DNA of 63,964 nucleotides, filler included, from Basidiobolus ranarum (Eukaryota), in the NCBI GenBank assembly GCA_040143965.1. It is 3 parts of 3 records of this genome, joined end to end, with 100 filler letters (N's around TTAATTAATTAA, not from the genome) between each part and the next. Parts side by side here need not be neighbours in the genome. Positions count along the whole stretch, not along the records: positions 47,568 to 63,964 come from JASJQH010000343.1; 2 more parts are not named here. One strand, given 5' to 3'. Below, one piece after another: positions 51,701 to 63,964 of the stretch (position 1 is its first letter; each line of letters begins with the position of its first letter). The notes below the pieces were generated by a model. It made no database searches. It saw nothing but the letters and a program-made list of their open reading frames with translations, and was not told the DNA's origin. The translations under genes and the position numbers were made by a program.

Positions 51701-53137
51701 CACTCCTAGGTAGAGTGTGAAATCTAACGAGCAAGCTAATTCCTACAAGGCTTATTTTTGAATTACGAATCAGGGCCGGCAATGACAATGATGTTGCTTA
51801 AGAATAGAAACTTCCTTTGTACAATGCTCTGACCCGCAATTGATTCATCTCAGCCTTGGTGGTTCTTGGTATCACTGATTAAATGAGATATCTAACATAC
51901 TTATGCCAGATCAGATCTGCGGCTATCCGACGGTGGCTCATCTTTGGATCAATTGAATGGCACTTTGGGCCTTGAATTATTGGGATACTTTTAATCAATA
52001 TAAATTATACACCATTGTCCAGAGCTGTCTAGATCCATATAAAAATCCATAAAAACAACCGCTACTATAAGCAGGTTCTTCAGTATGATACACCCCCAAG
52101 AACAGTACTAGTGATACTCAGAAACGATCAGATCATCCTGCTCCAGGATCTTATGAGGATATCTGTGATTCATTGTCTGTGTATACAATCATATCAAATT
52201 CGTTAATAGACCAGTGAAGATAGCTAATCATCACCAAAACGCAGTACAATAATGGCCTATACTTGTAGAAAACACCGTGACCAGCATTCTCGGCTGTCTT
52301 CTTTGGTTTCTAGAAAGTGGGAATAGTACCACGACGACAAGAGTGGCTTAAATAGTAAGATAGATTAGTGAACAAAGTTATGTATAACAGCATAGAAGTG
52401 ATGGAGCCTTTCGATGATCCCTAAAAGGAGAACTAATTAAACCCTCCAGGTAGTTTCTCAGATTCCGATGCCTCTCAGTCTCTTTTTGTAATTAACTGAC
52501 ATGAACTAACATGACAACTGGGGCAGGTGGTGGTATTAATAATGGTTGCGAGATGGTGATTCTTTATGCTGTATAGGCTTAGAGGTTAAATACTTTTTGG
52601 TAAGCAAAATGGCTTTTCCAGAGGGAACAGTAACACCTACAACATGGTTGTCAGCCAAGCCTGAATACCTCAAAGAGCTCTAATAATCAAACTGTTAGAT
52701 TCAGTGGTAATATAAACTCCGTTACCTCTATTAAGAGGGCTAGATCTGTCAGTAGGATCAGCTGACATAATGAATACCTACTACTTGGTTGAAGATTAAT
52801 ATGGTTACTTCGTCCGAATTATCCAAAATAATACAATCCTACAAGTTAGTTCTGAAAAGGCAGTTAACTGGGTGGCTCGATATAGTCATTCAACTCCTTA
52901 TTTTGAATCCAAGTAAAGAATATGGATATGAATATCTGATGCTTGTATAGGATTAAACAGCAATATTTAGTATCAGAAATAGCATTGGAATCAATGTGAA
53001 TGAAGATCCATCAACAGTTAGTCTATTTATTTTCACAGCACATGTATGTAACAGACGAATGATCAAAGGTGGATGAATGAGTAATTAAAACAGATGTAGG
53101 CCATCGCCTTGAAATACATTAGGCTTCACAGCTCGTT

Positions 53138-54735
53138 TCAAGCCTCTAACAATGTATCCTCTGCATCATAATTCTCATTAAGGAGACGGTACAAGTATGA
53201 AGGCGGATGACCACCGCTAAATTCGAGAAAAATGTCAGTTCGTGTTTAGACTTAAAGATTATGAAACAAAAACCTACACATTGGTAATGAACAAACTAAC
53301 AAGCTCCGGAGCAACATAATCAAAGTAAGGGTTAACCAAGTCAATCTTGTCAATTAAATCACCTAAATACTGGCATAAGTCTCGCGAAAAGTAATAAATA
53401 TCCGTTCATAATGAGTCCAACCTTCTTCATATTGCAAAACCGGGTTTGGCGAGACACACATATTGAGTGTATCAGGATCGTATGGATACTGTGGAGACAG
53501 TTTATACAAGCCAGTGCAAACTACAACTGGGGTACAATGGTGCTTAGCTGCAGTGGTGATCGTTTGACTACCAGCAACGGCGATTAAGCCACCGTTGGCA
53601 AGCACTTATATTGACGGTTAGCTTTGATAATCACCGATTACATTTTATACAAAATAGAAATTACCAGCATGTGTGCCCAAGATAACCTTGTTCACTCTCG
53701 AGAGAACGGCGAAGATAGCCGAATCTGGTATAACTGTTGTTTCGATCCCAGCTAACGCAAGAGAACGAGCCATCTCATGTCCGTGGTACCTAAGAGCCTA
53801 ATCGTAAGTATCAACACAAAAATTGAGGTAATTCCATATGAACTAGCAACGTACAAAGGTGCAGTTTCGGCCACAATAACCTGGAATTTGCGTTTCTTGG
53901 CTGCGGTCTTAAGGAATGTCTCAACAGTCTTGGATTTGCCGCAAGTCATAATGATTTCACTGTAACCAAATTAATAATTATCTATTTGAGTAGAATTAGG
54001 ATGCATGTTTTTACTTCGAGTGAATGTGCTCTAGTGCCTGTCCAGAGATATTAACGTAAATGTTCTCCAGTTCTTCAACGATTTCTTGAATACCTTGAAT
54101 AATTTCTGGCTTAAGAGGTATTTGGAATTAAGGGAAATTCTTGCTGGTCACGAAATTTCATAAAAACCACATTCAAAAAAGGATATTAAAATTATTTGCG
54201 GAGCTAGTAGGTTCTTTCTGGAAATTCCCCAAGAGGTTGTACATTGAAGAGGAAGAGGTAAACTGAGGAGCTGGTCTAGGTCCTGGTGTGTTTTGAGAAT
54301 CATAATTCCCATTCTCTTCTTGTCCAGAAAAAGTGCTGTTTTCTTCACGAATAAGACGCAACACTCTACGGACAATATTACCAATAGCAAGTTCTATATC
54401 AAACTAATTAATTAGAAATTTGTACTAAGGGATTCCAAACATTGCAGTACCTTGAGGTTGAGCTGCTACTAAACGCTTTCCAACAGATTTAACAGTCTCA
54501 AGTAGTACATCTACATTGTTCCAGCGACTGATAGAAACTACTTGTCTTAGCAATATAGCAGTTTCGACAGAGACCTGCCAAGAACCTATGACTTGTCTAA
54601 TATTTTATTCACTCTATTAGCAAAGGGGAGTTCAATTCAACTTGTATGTTCTGCTCATATATACCTTCTCTTAAGTCTAGCGATAAAATGATCTATCTGA
54701 GCGTTGAGGTCTTTGGGTGCGATCATTGTAGCCAT
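53138..54735 (-). CDS. GCD7: Translation initiation factor eIF2B beta subunit, 9 exons
   Basis: [63 protein letters not shown]. Confidence 0.93.
54118..54186 (-). other. U12-type AT-AC intron (69 nt) in eIF2B-beta
   Basis: 5' site ATATCCTTT, branch TTTCCCTTAAT, 3' end AC. Removal restores the frame ...[14 protein letters not shown]. Confidence 0.88.
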
Positions 54736-54810
54736 TGTATAGTCGAACTACTGATTAGGCAACTATAACCACTTCGACTCGGTTCGATTGCTGAGCTTGG
54801 AGAAGAAAAA

Positions 54811-54873
54811 TTAGGGTCAGGGGGTAGTATCCAAGATAATTTCGGAGCTAGGGCATTCGATCCCTAACCCTAA
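54811..54873. promoter_or_regulatory. Inverted telomere-like (TTAGGG) boxes upstream of eIF2B-beta
   Basis: TTAGGGTCAGGG ... CTAGGG ... CCCTAACCCTAA, 76-138 bp upstream of the ATG. Confidence 0.4.
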
Positions 54874-55831
54874 AATCGATTGACGCTCAGGTAATGACTC
54901 TACATGGAATGAATTAAGGTCTCAAAGGCTTTTTAAAAAAAATTGGGTGCTCTTCATATGAGCGGGAGATTTTAAGCGGGATAATGTATACTCATAAGAT
55001 CTGGTCCACTCATTTTCATATTAACGGTCTCTACTTAGACTTTAAGCATATATCAAGATCTGAGATTAATAATAGCTGGATTATATTTTTGGAAAATACA
55101 GTCTAAATAATTTTAAAGGCAACCACCATCACTCAAGAAATCAGTAAACTTTTAGAGGCTTCTCTTTGAGCATTGGGGTCGACACTGAACTGATAATGAA
55201 CAAAACTTCTAATGGTTTAATTATGTTGACGACTTCTACGACTCAGAATTTGGATTATTTATCTCGGATTGATGTTTTGTAGAACGCGTGCAGTAGAAGT
55301 GTCTTCAAGGTGTATACATTTAACTTCAACTTATTGAACACACATCTGTCTTCGGTAGATTGTTATGGTGGTCGGTTTCGCATTATCTGCTACGTCAAAT
55401 ATTTGATACATAGTCTACGAAATATTACACTGTTAAATTGCAGGCATTTTCATACATAATCGTCGACAATCGTGTTGCCGAAATTCGCGAATTGAACTCA
55501 ATATCTATAGCACGAACAAATCATCAGCACACAATTTTTCTATCTAGAGAGCTTTACAATCGGCAAGGATATATTACAATACTACACTGTGTGCAGGTGA
55601 AATTCATTACGTAGTGAATGATTCACCACTGTTAGCGAATTAGATCATCTACTAAGAATCCACTTGATTTGACCAAGTTCCATTATTAGCCTAATTGGAA
55701 TGTTGGATTGAATCAGAGCCAGTGGCAGGCCATTCTGGGGTTCCCTGATAAAAAATTCTCATCTGTGATAGCATTATATATTCACACTAACCAATGTCAA
55801 GTGAACATTTATCACTTTAAACCTTCTTAAA

Positions 55832-56080
55832 ATGTCTCAAGAATTCAGTGAACAAGACCAACGTGAATTAGCTCAATTCCTCGAAGGAGAGAACGCAAAG
55901 GCTAAACTTCAACAAAGTATTCATACTTTTGCTGACCTCTGCTGGGACAAATGCATTACCAAAGTCGGTAACAAGCTCGACCGCTCTGAGGAAGCCTGTC
56001 TCACCAACTGTGTCGACCGTTTCCTTGATACCTCCCTTTTGATTGTTAGGAATCTTGAGGAGAAGAGAAGTGCTTTTTAA
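55832..56080 (+). CDS. TIM8: Mitochondrial small Tim chaperone Tim8
   Basis: Twin CX3C: LCWDKC ... CLTNCVDRFLDT. Confidence 0.93.
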   Translation: MSQEFSEQDQRELAQFLEGENAKAKLQQSIHTFADLCWDKCITKVGNKLDRSEEACLTNCVDRFLDTSLLIVRNLEEKRSAF

Positions 56081-57099
56081 TTGTTTTCCGAACGATCAAT
56101 ATTATGTATGTTCTTGGCACATCATTTATCACTATCTTTAGGGCTTCTCCTTTAGAGCCTAAAGCCACAATTAGCATTTCCAATAGACATAAATGAAAAG
56201 CATGTTACTCTTGATATTGAATCTTCCAAAATTATTTACTACGTATATATTATAAGTTGACTATTTCTGAATTCCGGTATATGTTTTACTATGAGTATCC
56301 AAATGCCGTGTTGTTAAGATCGTAGATAGGCATGGTTCTTCAAACCTGGTCAAATACTCACAGGTCAATTCGAAAGGATTCTTTGACTGTACTTGAGTGT
56401 GAATGTGACTCGCTTCTATTAAAAGTAGCAAAGAGAAAATTTTCACTTTACTCTTTGTTACCTAATAATCATTTTTACACCCAGATTGAACTTTAGTAGT
56501 ACCCACCAGTTATGAAAGCCAGAGGTGTCGGATCTATTCAAATCATTACCTAAGTCTGTCTTCCTTGTATTACAACCTTATGTCAATTTCGACTCTCTAT
56601 TCTTCGCCCCAATGCACGCTATATATTCACACTAATTGTAGCGTACTTATTGTCAAGCATCCACTTTCCATTATAACTATATCCTATCGACGACAATATG
56701 CATGACCAATATGTATATTACATTTAATTATCAACCAGAATGCTATGTAATCATAATATATTCCAGATACCTCGAGTTTCAATAACGATATATCGAGTCT
56801 GGGTCAAAAACATTAGATACACGATGTTGATGTTTTTTCATTGGCAATACAAAGAAGTTAACAATATATTGCGAATATAAGAGTTAATTTACTAGCGAAG
56901 AAAACCATCTATTAGTGTACATGTTAAGAATAATAGAACCAAGTAACTAATAGATATGTTGAGGTAGCCATTTAGAAGGTACATTTTGCTAAGTATTGGT
57001 CTAGTAAGTTTTTTGAAGGCTCTTCCTCCTGATCATCAACTTGTACTTAACATACTACCAAGATGAAGTATGAAACCCTAGCTTATTAATGTTCCATTT

Positions 57100-57428
57100 G
57101 TTAAAGTATGTGGGAGCCTGTTGGAAGTGGTTTGGAGAATTAGAGAAATTGGTGGTTTTCACTTATTGATTTATTGAGTAGAAAGTTGACATTTATAGTT
57201 TTATCAAGAATTAAACAAATTAACGTGTAGAATGTGTTAAGGAAGGTCCCACAAACATGTGTGCAAAGTTTGGGGCTTCTAGCACAAGTTACCAAAATCT
57301 ATATATCTGAGAACTTCTAAGTAAATTCCTCATGAGAATAATGGATAATATCTTAGTTCAATATAAGATAACTAAGTACTAAGCTATATATGACTATATA
57401 GGTGTTTAGGCAATGCTAATTTCAACAC
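57100..57428 (+). repeat. Dispersed repeat, copy 2 (inverted copy of 6742-7068)
   Basis: See copy 1. Confidence 0.9.
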
Positions 57429-57459
57429 CATTACCATTGATAAAGTGGAAGTAGTGAAT

Positions 57460-57702
57460 TCAAGAAATTAGTGTCAGTAAAATGAAATCATATCCAAGGA
57501 CTATGGGCATAGAACAAGGGAATAGGGAAAGTTGAATTTGTAATTGTAATATATGTTTCCAGGGTTTTTCCACATCTCCCTCTTTATATGGATGGGACAT
57601 ACTGGAGCCTGTACTTGCTCTATCTACTATATACCGTCCTTTTATTGGGTTAACTTGGAACTCAATGGGTTTTAGAGTACCGGCTTTGTCCTCATATCGC
57701 AT
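57460..57702 (-). mobile_element. Possible Ty3/Gypsy aspartic protease remnant
   Basis: ...LQIQLSLFPCSMPIVLGYDFIL resembles the retropepsin C-terminal ILGxDFL motif, and it adjoins a dispersed repeat. Confidence 0.3.
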
Positions 57703-59879
57703 GATAACTCTACCACAACTGAAGCCTCAGTTGTAGCAAACCTGACAAAAACACTAAGAGGTAAGCCTCATGTATAAACCAACAAAACAAGGTCCATTGC
57801 GCAACCTGTTCAGTACCTGTTTTCGCCTTGAATCGAACTACAATTGTTTGAGTGATGTTGCTGAGTTTAACTAACTCCAACCCATCAAAGCTTGCTGTTA
57901 ATTTTTCTATCGTTCAAGTGAGAATATTCCTTACCTAAAAGTGGAGCGATTATTCGATTTGAAGGAGCAACTGACCCCTCCTCTGAAAACTTAAGATAAT
58001 GTTTTTCTTTTAAAGAATTGCTTCGTAAGTAACTTTTGTTCAATTTATTTCTGTATCAATTACTTCTACTACTTTTGTATCTAAAGTACCATTTCTAGAT
58101 GCCCTTAACGCTATCTAGCCTTCCCAGCCAACTCCACCAACTAGGGTGGGATATCCGTTTGAAACTGGCTCTGTGTAACATTGTGGTGACATTTTCATTT
58201 GTCCCTATAAACTTGACCAAATATGTTGTCAAAAATAGGTTCTGGAGAATGGTATGCTTTGTAGGGGTCAGAGTTAGTACCAAACTCCCTTATGGTCATG
58301 ATACAGAGATATACATTCTTCACGCCGCCAAATCTCTTGAATAAGCTTTTACTTGGTTTATAGTACCATATTCATGATGAATATTCTTAACCACTAGTAA
58401 CGTCTTGGTAGTTTTATATCTATCGCTCAGACCACAGCCTCTACCTCCCTGCCCATATCTACGGCCTTTATTACTCAACTATGGACTTTCTAGCTTGGGT
58501 GCTTCACCACCTCAATTTTTGATTATGTCATTGATGGCCTGTAACTCTGTATGTCTATAAGCATATGCTTCAGAGCTACAAAAGTCACATCTGGAGTAAC
58601 GTCATAAGAGTTTTCAGACAATAGATGAGGTAAGTCAAGCTCTGGAATATTTCTTGATATTTTTAGTATGTGCCGGACCTCGCCTGAGATCGCATCGTTT
58701 CCTCTAGTTCTCTTGAGATTGATGACACTCTCTTCATTTAGAAACGGAGAAGTGAACTAGTTAAACTCCGCAGAAAATAATATATAATAAGTGAAAATCA
58801 GAACCACTAAGTCACCATAGAAACTGTTAAATCAAATTGGGTAAGTTGATGTTTTGAAACGAAATAAAAAGGATATTTGCGAAAGTTTCGCCTTCTTTTC
58901 CTTTATTTAGAATTGGATAAAAAAAAGTAATTGGATAAAAAAGAAAGAAATTTCTTTAAGCACTTTCTTCACCTTCAGTTAGGAAACCACACACTTGCTC
59001 TAATTAAACCAACTCCTCTCTAGTTCAATGACTGAGTAATTCTTTAAACTCTTCAAATGAACTTAATAGAGATAGTTGTACATGTATGAACGCCACTGAG
59101 CCTATGGGGAGGATTTCACTTAGTGCATCATTTGCCACAATTCTCAAGTACGTAACTAACTTTGATCAGAAATGGACTTCTGACAGTTAAATTAGGAGAC
59201 TTCCAGCAAGAATGACATTTCCAAAAACAAGGAACAGTTTCTCAAAACAGGGTGTAAACTATTGAGATCTCTCAATCTATTTTGGATATATTTCTACACA
59301 ATATCACTAATAGAAAGATTTGCTTTCGGGATATAATGATAAGAGATTACAATCATGCGTATCCAACTTACCATTTGAAACTGGACGCAATAAGTTCTGA
59401 TCATCATATTCGAAACTTTTGAAGACGAAAGTTCTGGAATATGGGACTAGACTCTACCTTCAACATTATTTTCTCAGATTATCCAAAGCCGGCCAAACCG
59501 GAAACGCTTAGCTTCGTGGCTAATTGTAAGTACTATGAAGTGGCCTCACATTCAGCATTGCTATATTGTCAAAAAGAAAACTACAAGTTGCTTCCTTGAT
59601 TTATCATCATGCTATCTTCAGTAAGATCTTCTGACGATTGGCCATGTTTGTCATGTCTCCTATCCTTGGTAACACACAACGGACAATATTATATCATGTG
59701 TCTTGAACGATATATTACATGGCCTGCATATTATTGACAATCACGTACCAAATGTTTAGCAAAAGAAGAGACAGGGAGTTTTATATTTGTTAGTATTTAT
59801 CGTATTTATTAGTATTTTATGTATAGATAAATGCGGAGCCTAACATATGTTGGGATGGAATGACAATCATTCGAGTCTA

Positions 59880-60359
59880 TTAGTTCTTGGGAGCTTCCTT
59901 GTAACTGACAACAGCTTCTTCACCCATGGCGGCGATGACAGTAACGAGCAATTCCTTGCCTTCGTTGAATTCTTCTTCCATCTTGTTACCCAAGTCACCT
60001 TCAGGTTGCTTGACATCATCCTTCATGGAACCGTCAGCCATCATCAAACTGAGGAAACCACCATCAATATCGATGAGGGAGAATTCGTTACGGGAAACGT
60101 TGGGGACATCCATGTTATGGGTGGAAGGAGAAAGATCTTCAAGCTTGTTACCAGTGAAGATATCAATGGCAACCAACTTAACCTTGGCGTGACCGTGCTT
60201 ACCAGGCTTGGAGTTAGACATATCAACGATGTTGCAAGGACGTCCCTTGATGAGAACGTGTCCGTTCTTACGAAGAGCGGAACATTGCATGGGGTAGGTA
60301 AGAGAAGCACCGGAGGAGGCGGACTCGAAGGTGTGGTTATGTTGTTCGTCGTCAGACAT
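59880..60359 (-). CDS. Translation factor eIF5A with divergent hypusine loop; 5'-UTR intron at about 60367-60446
   Basis: [43 protein letters not shown]. Confidence 0.95.
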   Translation of the reverse strand: MSDDEQHNHTFESASSGASLTYPMQCSALRKNGHVLIKGRPCNIVDMSNSKPGKHGHAKVKLVAIDIFTGNKLEDLSPSTHNMDVPNVSRNEFSLIDIDGGFLSLMMADGSMKDDVKQPEGDLGNKMEEEFNEGKELLVTVIAAMGEEAVVSYKEAPKN

Positions 60360-61738
60360 GTTAAGCTAGAAATAGAGTAAAGTAAGTAACAATGAAGTTG
60401 CAACCTTTACAAAGCAAAGCACTGATGTGATTGCTTCAACACGTACCTTAGTAGAGGAAGATATGAAAGTAGAATATCCAACGAAGTAGAAAGGGATCAG
60501 GGTTGGGTTTTTATTATGTGGCTACAGGGGAGAATCCATTATTTTGCGCAAACTTTTTTTCGCCTTGATACTAAGGCCAGGGTATGGACCATTGCTCATA
60601 GTAAATTTTCCACTTTTTTGCACCTCATCGCTTTCCTTTTGTTGTTCGACGTATTGGAACTGGCAAATCAGATTCTTTCCTGAAAAAAAAGGATCCCTAA
60701 CTTTCATCTATCTAAACCAATTAAGAAGTGCAGAAATTCTATTGGCCAAAATGTAGTCACATCAGAGACAGTAATTGGTGCAGACATGATTGTAATCTTC
60801 AATTCTGAAGGATTCTCCGTGAGTATGCGTGTTACTCCATAGGAGCCCAAAAAGGTATCCTCCGATTCATTCATACATTGTGAACCGTAGGAGCTCAGAC
60901 TACGTTGCTTCCTAAACAGATAGCGTGGAGGTTCAGCGATTGATAGATCATATACGAAATCCATCCATTTCCAGCGAGCCATAGAAATGCCATCACGAAT
61001 CGTTCTGACTCAACAAATCTGTTGTCCTAGTGTCCCTTTTTTCTTGAAATCCGATTAGGAAATGAAAGCTTTGAGCAGAAAAAAAATGGGTTTTTCTTTT
61101 TGGCTCCATCGGATTTGTTGATTTCTTATTAAGTTCCACCCCATCAGCATCACCATCTACATCTGCATTTCACTATCTATGCCAAGCCTCGCTAGATGCC
61201 AGTCTGTCTCATTTAATCACCAGGAGCTAGTGAAATAGAAGACGAACCACACGGTCAGGTACTATTCCGAGGCTTGCTAATCAAGGTATTGCAGGGAACT
61301 TCGCCTTCTGAACTTCCTCTTGTCTCGTTCTTGCGAGAACTGCCAAAATGTTGAATACGTTTTATGATTCGATCAAATTTCAATTTCATTCATGTGAATT
61401 GCAAAATATCCCCAAAAGCCTAGAGCAGCTTCAATTTTATTATGTACAACATAATCTGTTGGCTGGAGGAATTCGAAAGCATTTGTTTTCCTAAGATAGG
61501 TAAACCCAAGAGACCGTATGATTCAGTAATCTACAGGCCTTTGAAAATGGATTGTTCAGAGCTAGTTCAAAAGAAAAATACAAACAAAATCACAAGAAAA
61601 GGGAAAATGTCTAAATATGAAATTTGGTAAATGATTGTGAATTACAACTGTATGAGCTTGAATGTCAGAAGGGAATGAGTATGATTGAACCACTCCTTGA
61701 AATATGGTATAGAATCATATATGCTTTCGGAAATAAAT

Positions 61739-63964
61739 CTATACAGACGGTGTGGGCGTTTCAGGGTTGTTTAACTCTTCTTCAATCTCTCTGCTGAAAT
61801 CATCCAAGAAGTCTTCATCTTCATCCAAATCCCCATTAATCTCACTATGAGCCACTTGCTCATCTTTGCTTTCGCCAGTATCATCTGTTCCAACGTCTGA
61901 AATATGTCGTTCCTCAGCAGATTCTGAATGAATCTCGAGGTTGTCATCTTCCGTTAAACTGACAGTGTTTTGGAGGGGGGAGGCATGAGCACGAAGTGCA
62001 CGCATGCGTTTGATCCCGTTTCTCTCTGACTCTTCATTGTTCTCAAATTCTGCAGAGCTAGGGTCAAGTAAATCGGCGGATTTACGTTTTCGAAGTACAA
62101 AGTTGTCATCACCATCATCGTCTCTCTCAGAATCCACTTCCGACGTGGCAGTATTCAAATCTGAATCATCGAGAAATTCCTCCACTTCACGGGCCGCATC
62201 TCCCCAGTCCATACGCAACATATGTTCCTTCATTTCATTGTCATCAATCAGCGATTGATCGTCATCAATACCCTCACCGGTCCCATTAACTGACGTTTGA
62301 CCGCCCGATTCGAAAACTTCTTCATCAGATTGGAACATAGGGTTCTGGGTACTCCCTGAGGGTGTATCTTCAATCAAATAAAATTTCTCATCCTGGCGCT
62401 CCCAGCGAGAAATCGAGTCGAACAGCCTGATAAAAGGAATTATTATTCAATTGCAGCAATGTTTAAAATAACGTTGGAAGTACCATTCAGGTCTAACAAT
62501 AAATACATTGGCCATATTACGGCCATGATTTACTTTAGCTGTTCCAGGCTAGTGCGACCAATTAGTAGATTATCATGATACGTTAAAGCGAAGGCAAAAC
62601 TCACCTTGCCAGCAACTATGTGGGTAACCTGATTATTCAAGTTTGCCGAGCATTGAGCCCCAAAGCTACGGGCTAAGCACCAAATGTCTGATCTATGAAG
62701 ATAATACTAGTGAATCATAGACCTTGAGAAGGATCTGTAATAGAGTTGACATACCTTGTGGGATCATAACCTAGCGGAATCACGCTGCTAAACACGATGT
62801 TTGTGTTTTTGAAGACACGGGCTTTCATCGATGGAATGATGTTCTAATAAATTCGGATGCAATAGTTCAATGATCTGCTTGTAAAGTAAATGTGATTATA
62901 TCGAGTTTACTTTAACATCTGGAGACTCCTGTCGATCTGCATCGCTTTCATTGTGTTCAATTAACTCATAGTCCTTGTAGAATTTACTGTGAATATCTTG
63001 TAAGACCTATATAATTGAAAGTCAGTATGGTCATCTATGACGATTAAAAGAGCGTTAGATTGCCTTGAGTAGCATAGAAAGCTCCTTATCATTATCGATT
63101 AAAATTGGTTTTTCTTCTGCAAGCTCCTGTTGCTGCTGAAGTTGTTGTAGTGGCTTGTTCGCTTTTTGACTCTCCATGATTTCATTTTGCTCTAGTTCCT
63201 GTTGGGCTAAAACCGCTCCATCGGCGTTTTCTATAGATTCACCATTAGGTTATACGTCACGATACTATCATGAGATTTAGGTATGTTACCATCCCCACCT
63301 TTATTCGATATCTTCTGTCCAACAGCTGCTGGAGACGGATTATTAGTGGGTTTTACTGACAGGGTCTTCTACGATGGTTTATGATGTTAGACTAACACAG
63401 GTAAGGTTCATGATTGTGAAACCAACATCTACCTCTTGTTTCGGAAGAAATGAGCCATTGATATCTCCAATGCCAACAAAGAAATCGTCTGGAGTGATAC
63501 ATTAGGTAAGTGATGTTCCATTAGCATTCTTGGTACCGTTACAAGGACTTACATGGGTTTACTTTTATTAGGTTAGGAGACCACTCCCAGACGTCTCCAC
63601 GATCATCAATTATCACCACCATTGAAGTATCGCATGGGAAAAGACGCTGTATAGTTTTCTGGGTCATACCTAGATTATACTGGTCAGTCATAAATGCAAG
63701 AGTTATCAAGAGAAGATAGGATGTCCTACTTCCACTCTCATCGCGAGATAGAATTCTTTCTTTGAAAAACTCCTGGTCAGGATCAATAACAGTGGCAACT
63801 GCTGATGCATAGTTGCGTGTACCCATTGTGTAGATATGGAGTTCGTATATTTTGGTGATTTCCTTCAGAAACTCTCTTAAGCCTGGGCTGATGAGATGTT
63901 AGTTGTTATTGATCCGTTAGTAAACATTGAGCATTAGTAAGTACCGTAGCTTGATGTAGTATAC
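61739..63964 (-). CDS. FCP1: RNA polymerase II CTD phosphatase Fcp1, 3' part (runs off window)
   Basis: YYIKLRPG, ELHIYTMGTRNYA, ILSRDESG, VVIIDDRGDVW, BRCT (VFSSVIP, THIVA, VRPEWLFDS), acidic tail. Confidence 0.93.
63007..63063 (-). other. GC-AG intron in FCP1
   Basis: CTC AAG|GCAATC...ATAG|GTC TTA. An in-frame TAA follows immediately and there is no GT before it. Confidence 0.75.

Noticed and set aside
54811-54873. tRNA-like fold (TTCGA loop)
   Set aside because: No D-arm, anticodon arm or A/B boxes; better explained as inverted TTAGGG boxes.
59847-60403. Overlapping ORFs on eIF5A, and similar ones on EF-2, DOT1 and the NR-like gene
   Set aside because: Antisense shadows caused by codon bias.

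Overview
Intron-rich, AT-rich eukaryotic DNA. Gene content and short GT-AG introns (often with AAG acceptors) point to an early-diverging fungus; Zoopagomycota/Basidiobolus-like is my inference. The window holds about 21 protein genes. Housekeeping genes: NOC3, mitochondrial SerRS, CDC7, DOT1, cyclin K/T, SPO7, EF-2, eIF2B-beta, TIM8, eIF5A, FCP1, PIG-Y, EBP, a PPN2-like phosphatase, YOP1 and a Myb factor. Accessory genes: two tandem secreted Cys/Pro-repeat paralogs, a small secreted protein, a large membrane protein, a 7TM receptor and a divergent stand-alone nitrate reductase. There are also decayed transposon remnants and two 100-nt assembly gaps. Highlights: (1) a textbook U12-type AT-AC minor-spliceosome intron in eIF2B-beta; (2) a nitrate-reductase-architecture enzyme with an N-myristoylation motif and altered substrate-pocket motifs; (3) an eIF5A with an archaeal/EF-P-like SKPGKH hypusine loop; (4) a modular secreted-protein family with swapped Pro-rich repeat cassettes; (5) three genes carrying single in-frame stops. 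All calls come from reading the sequence by eye; no searches were run.
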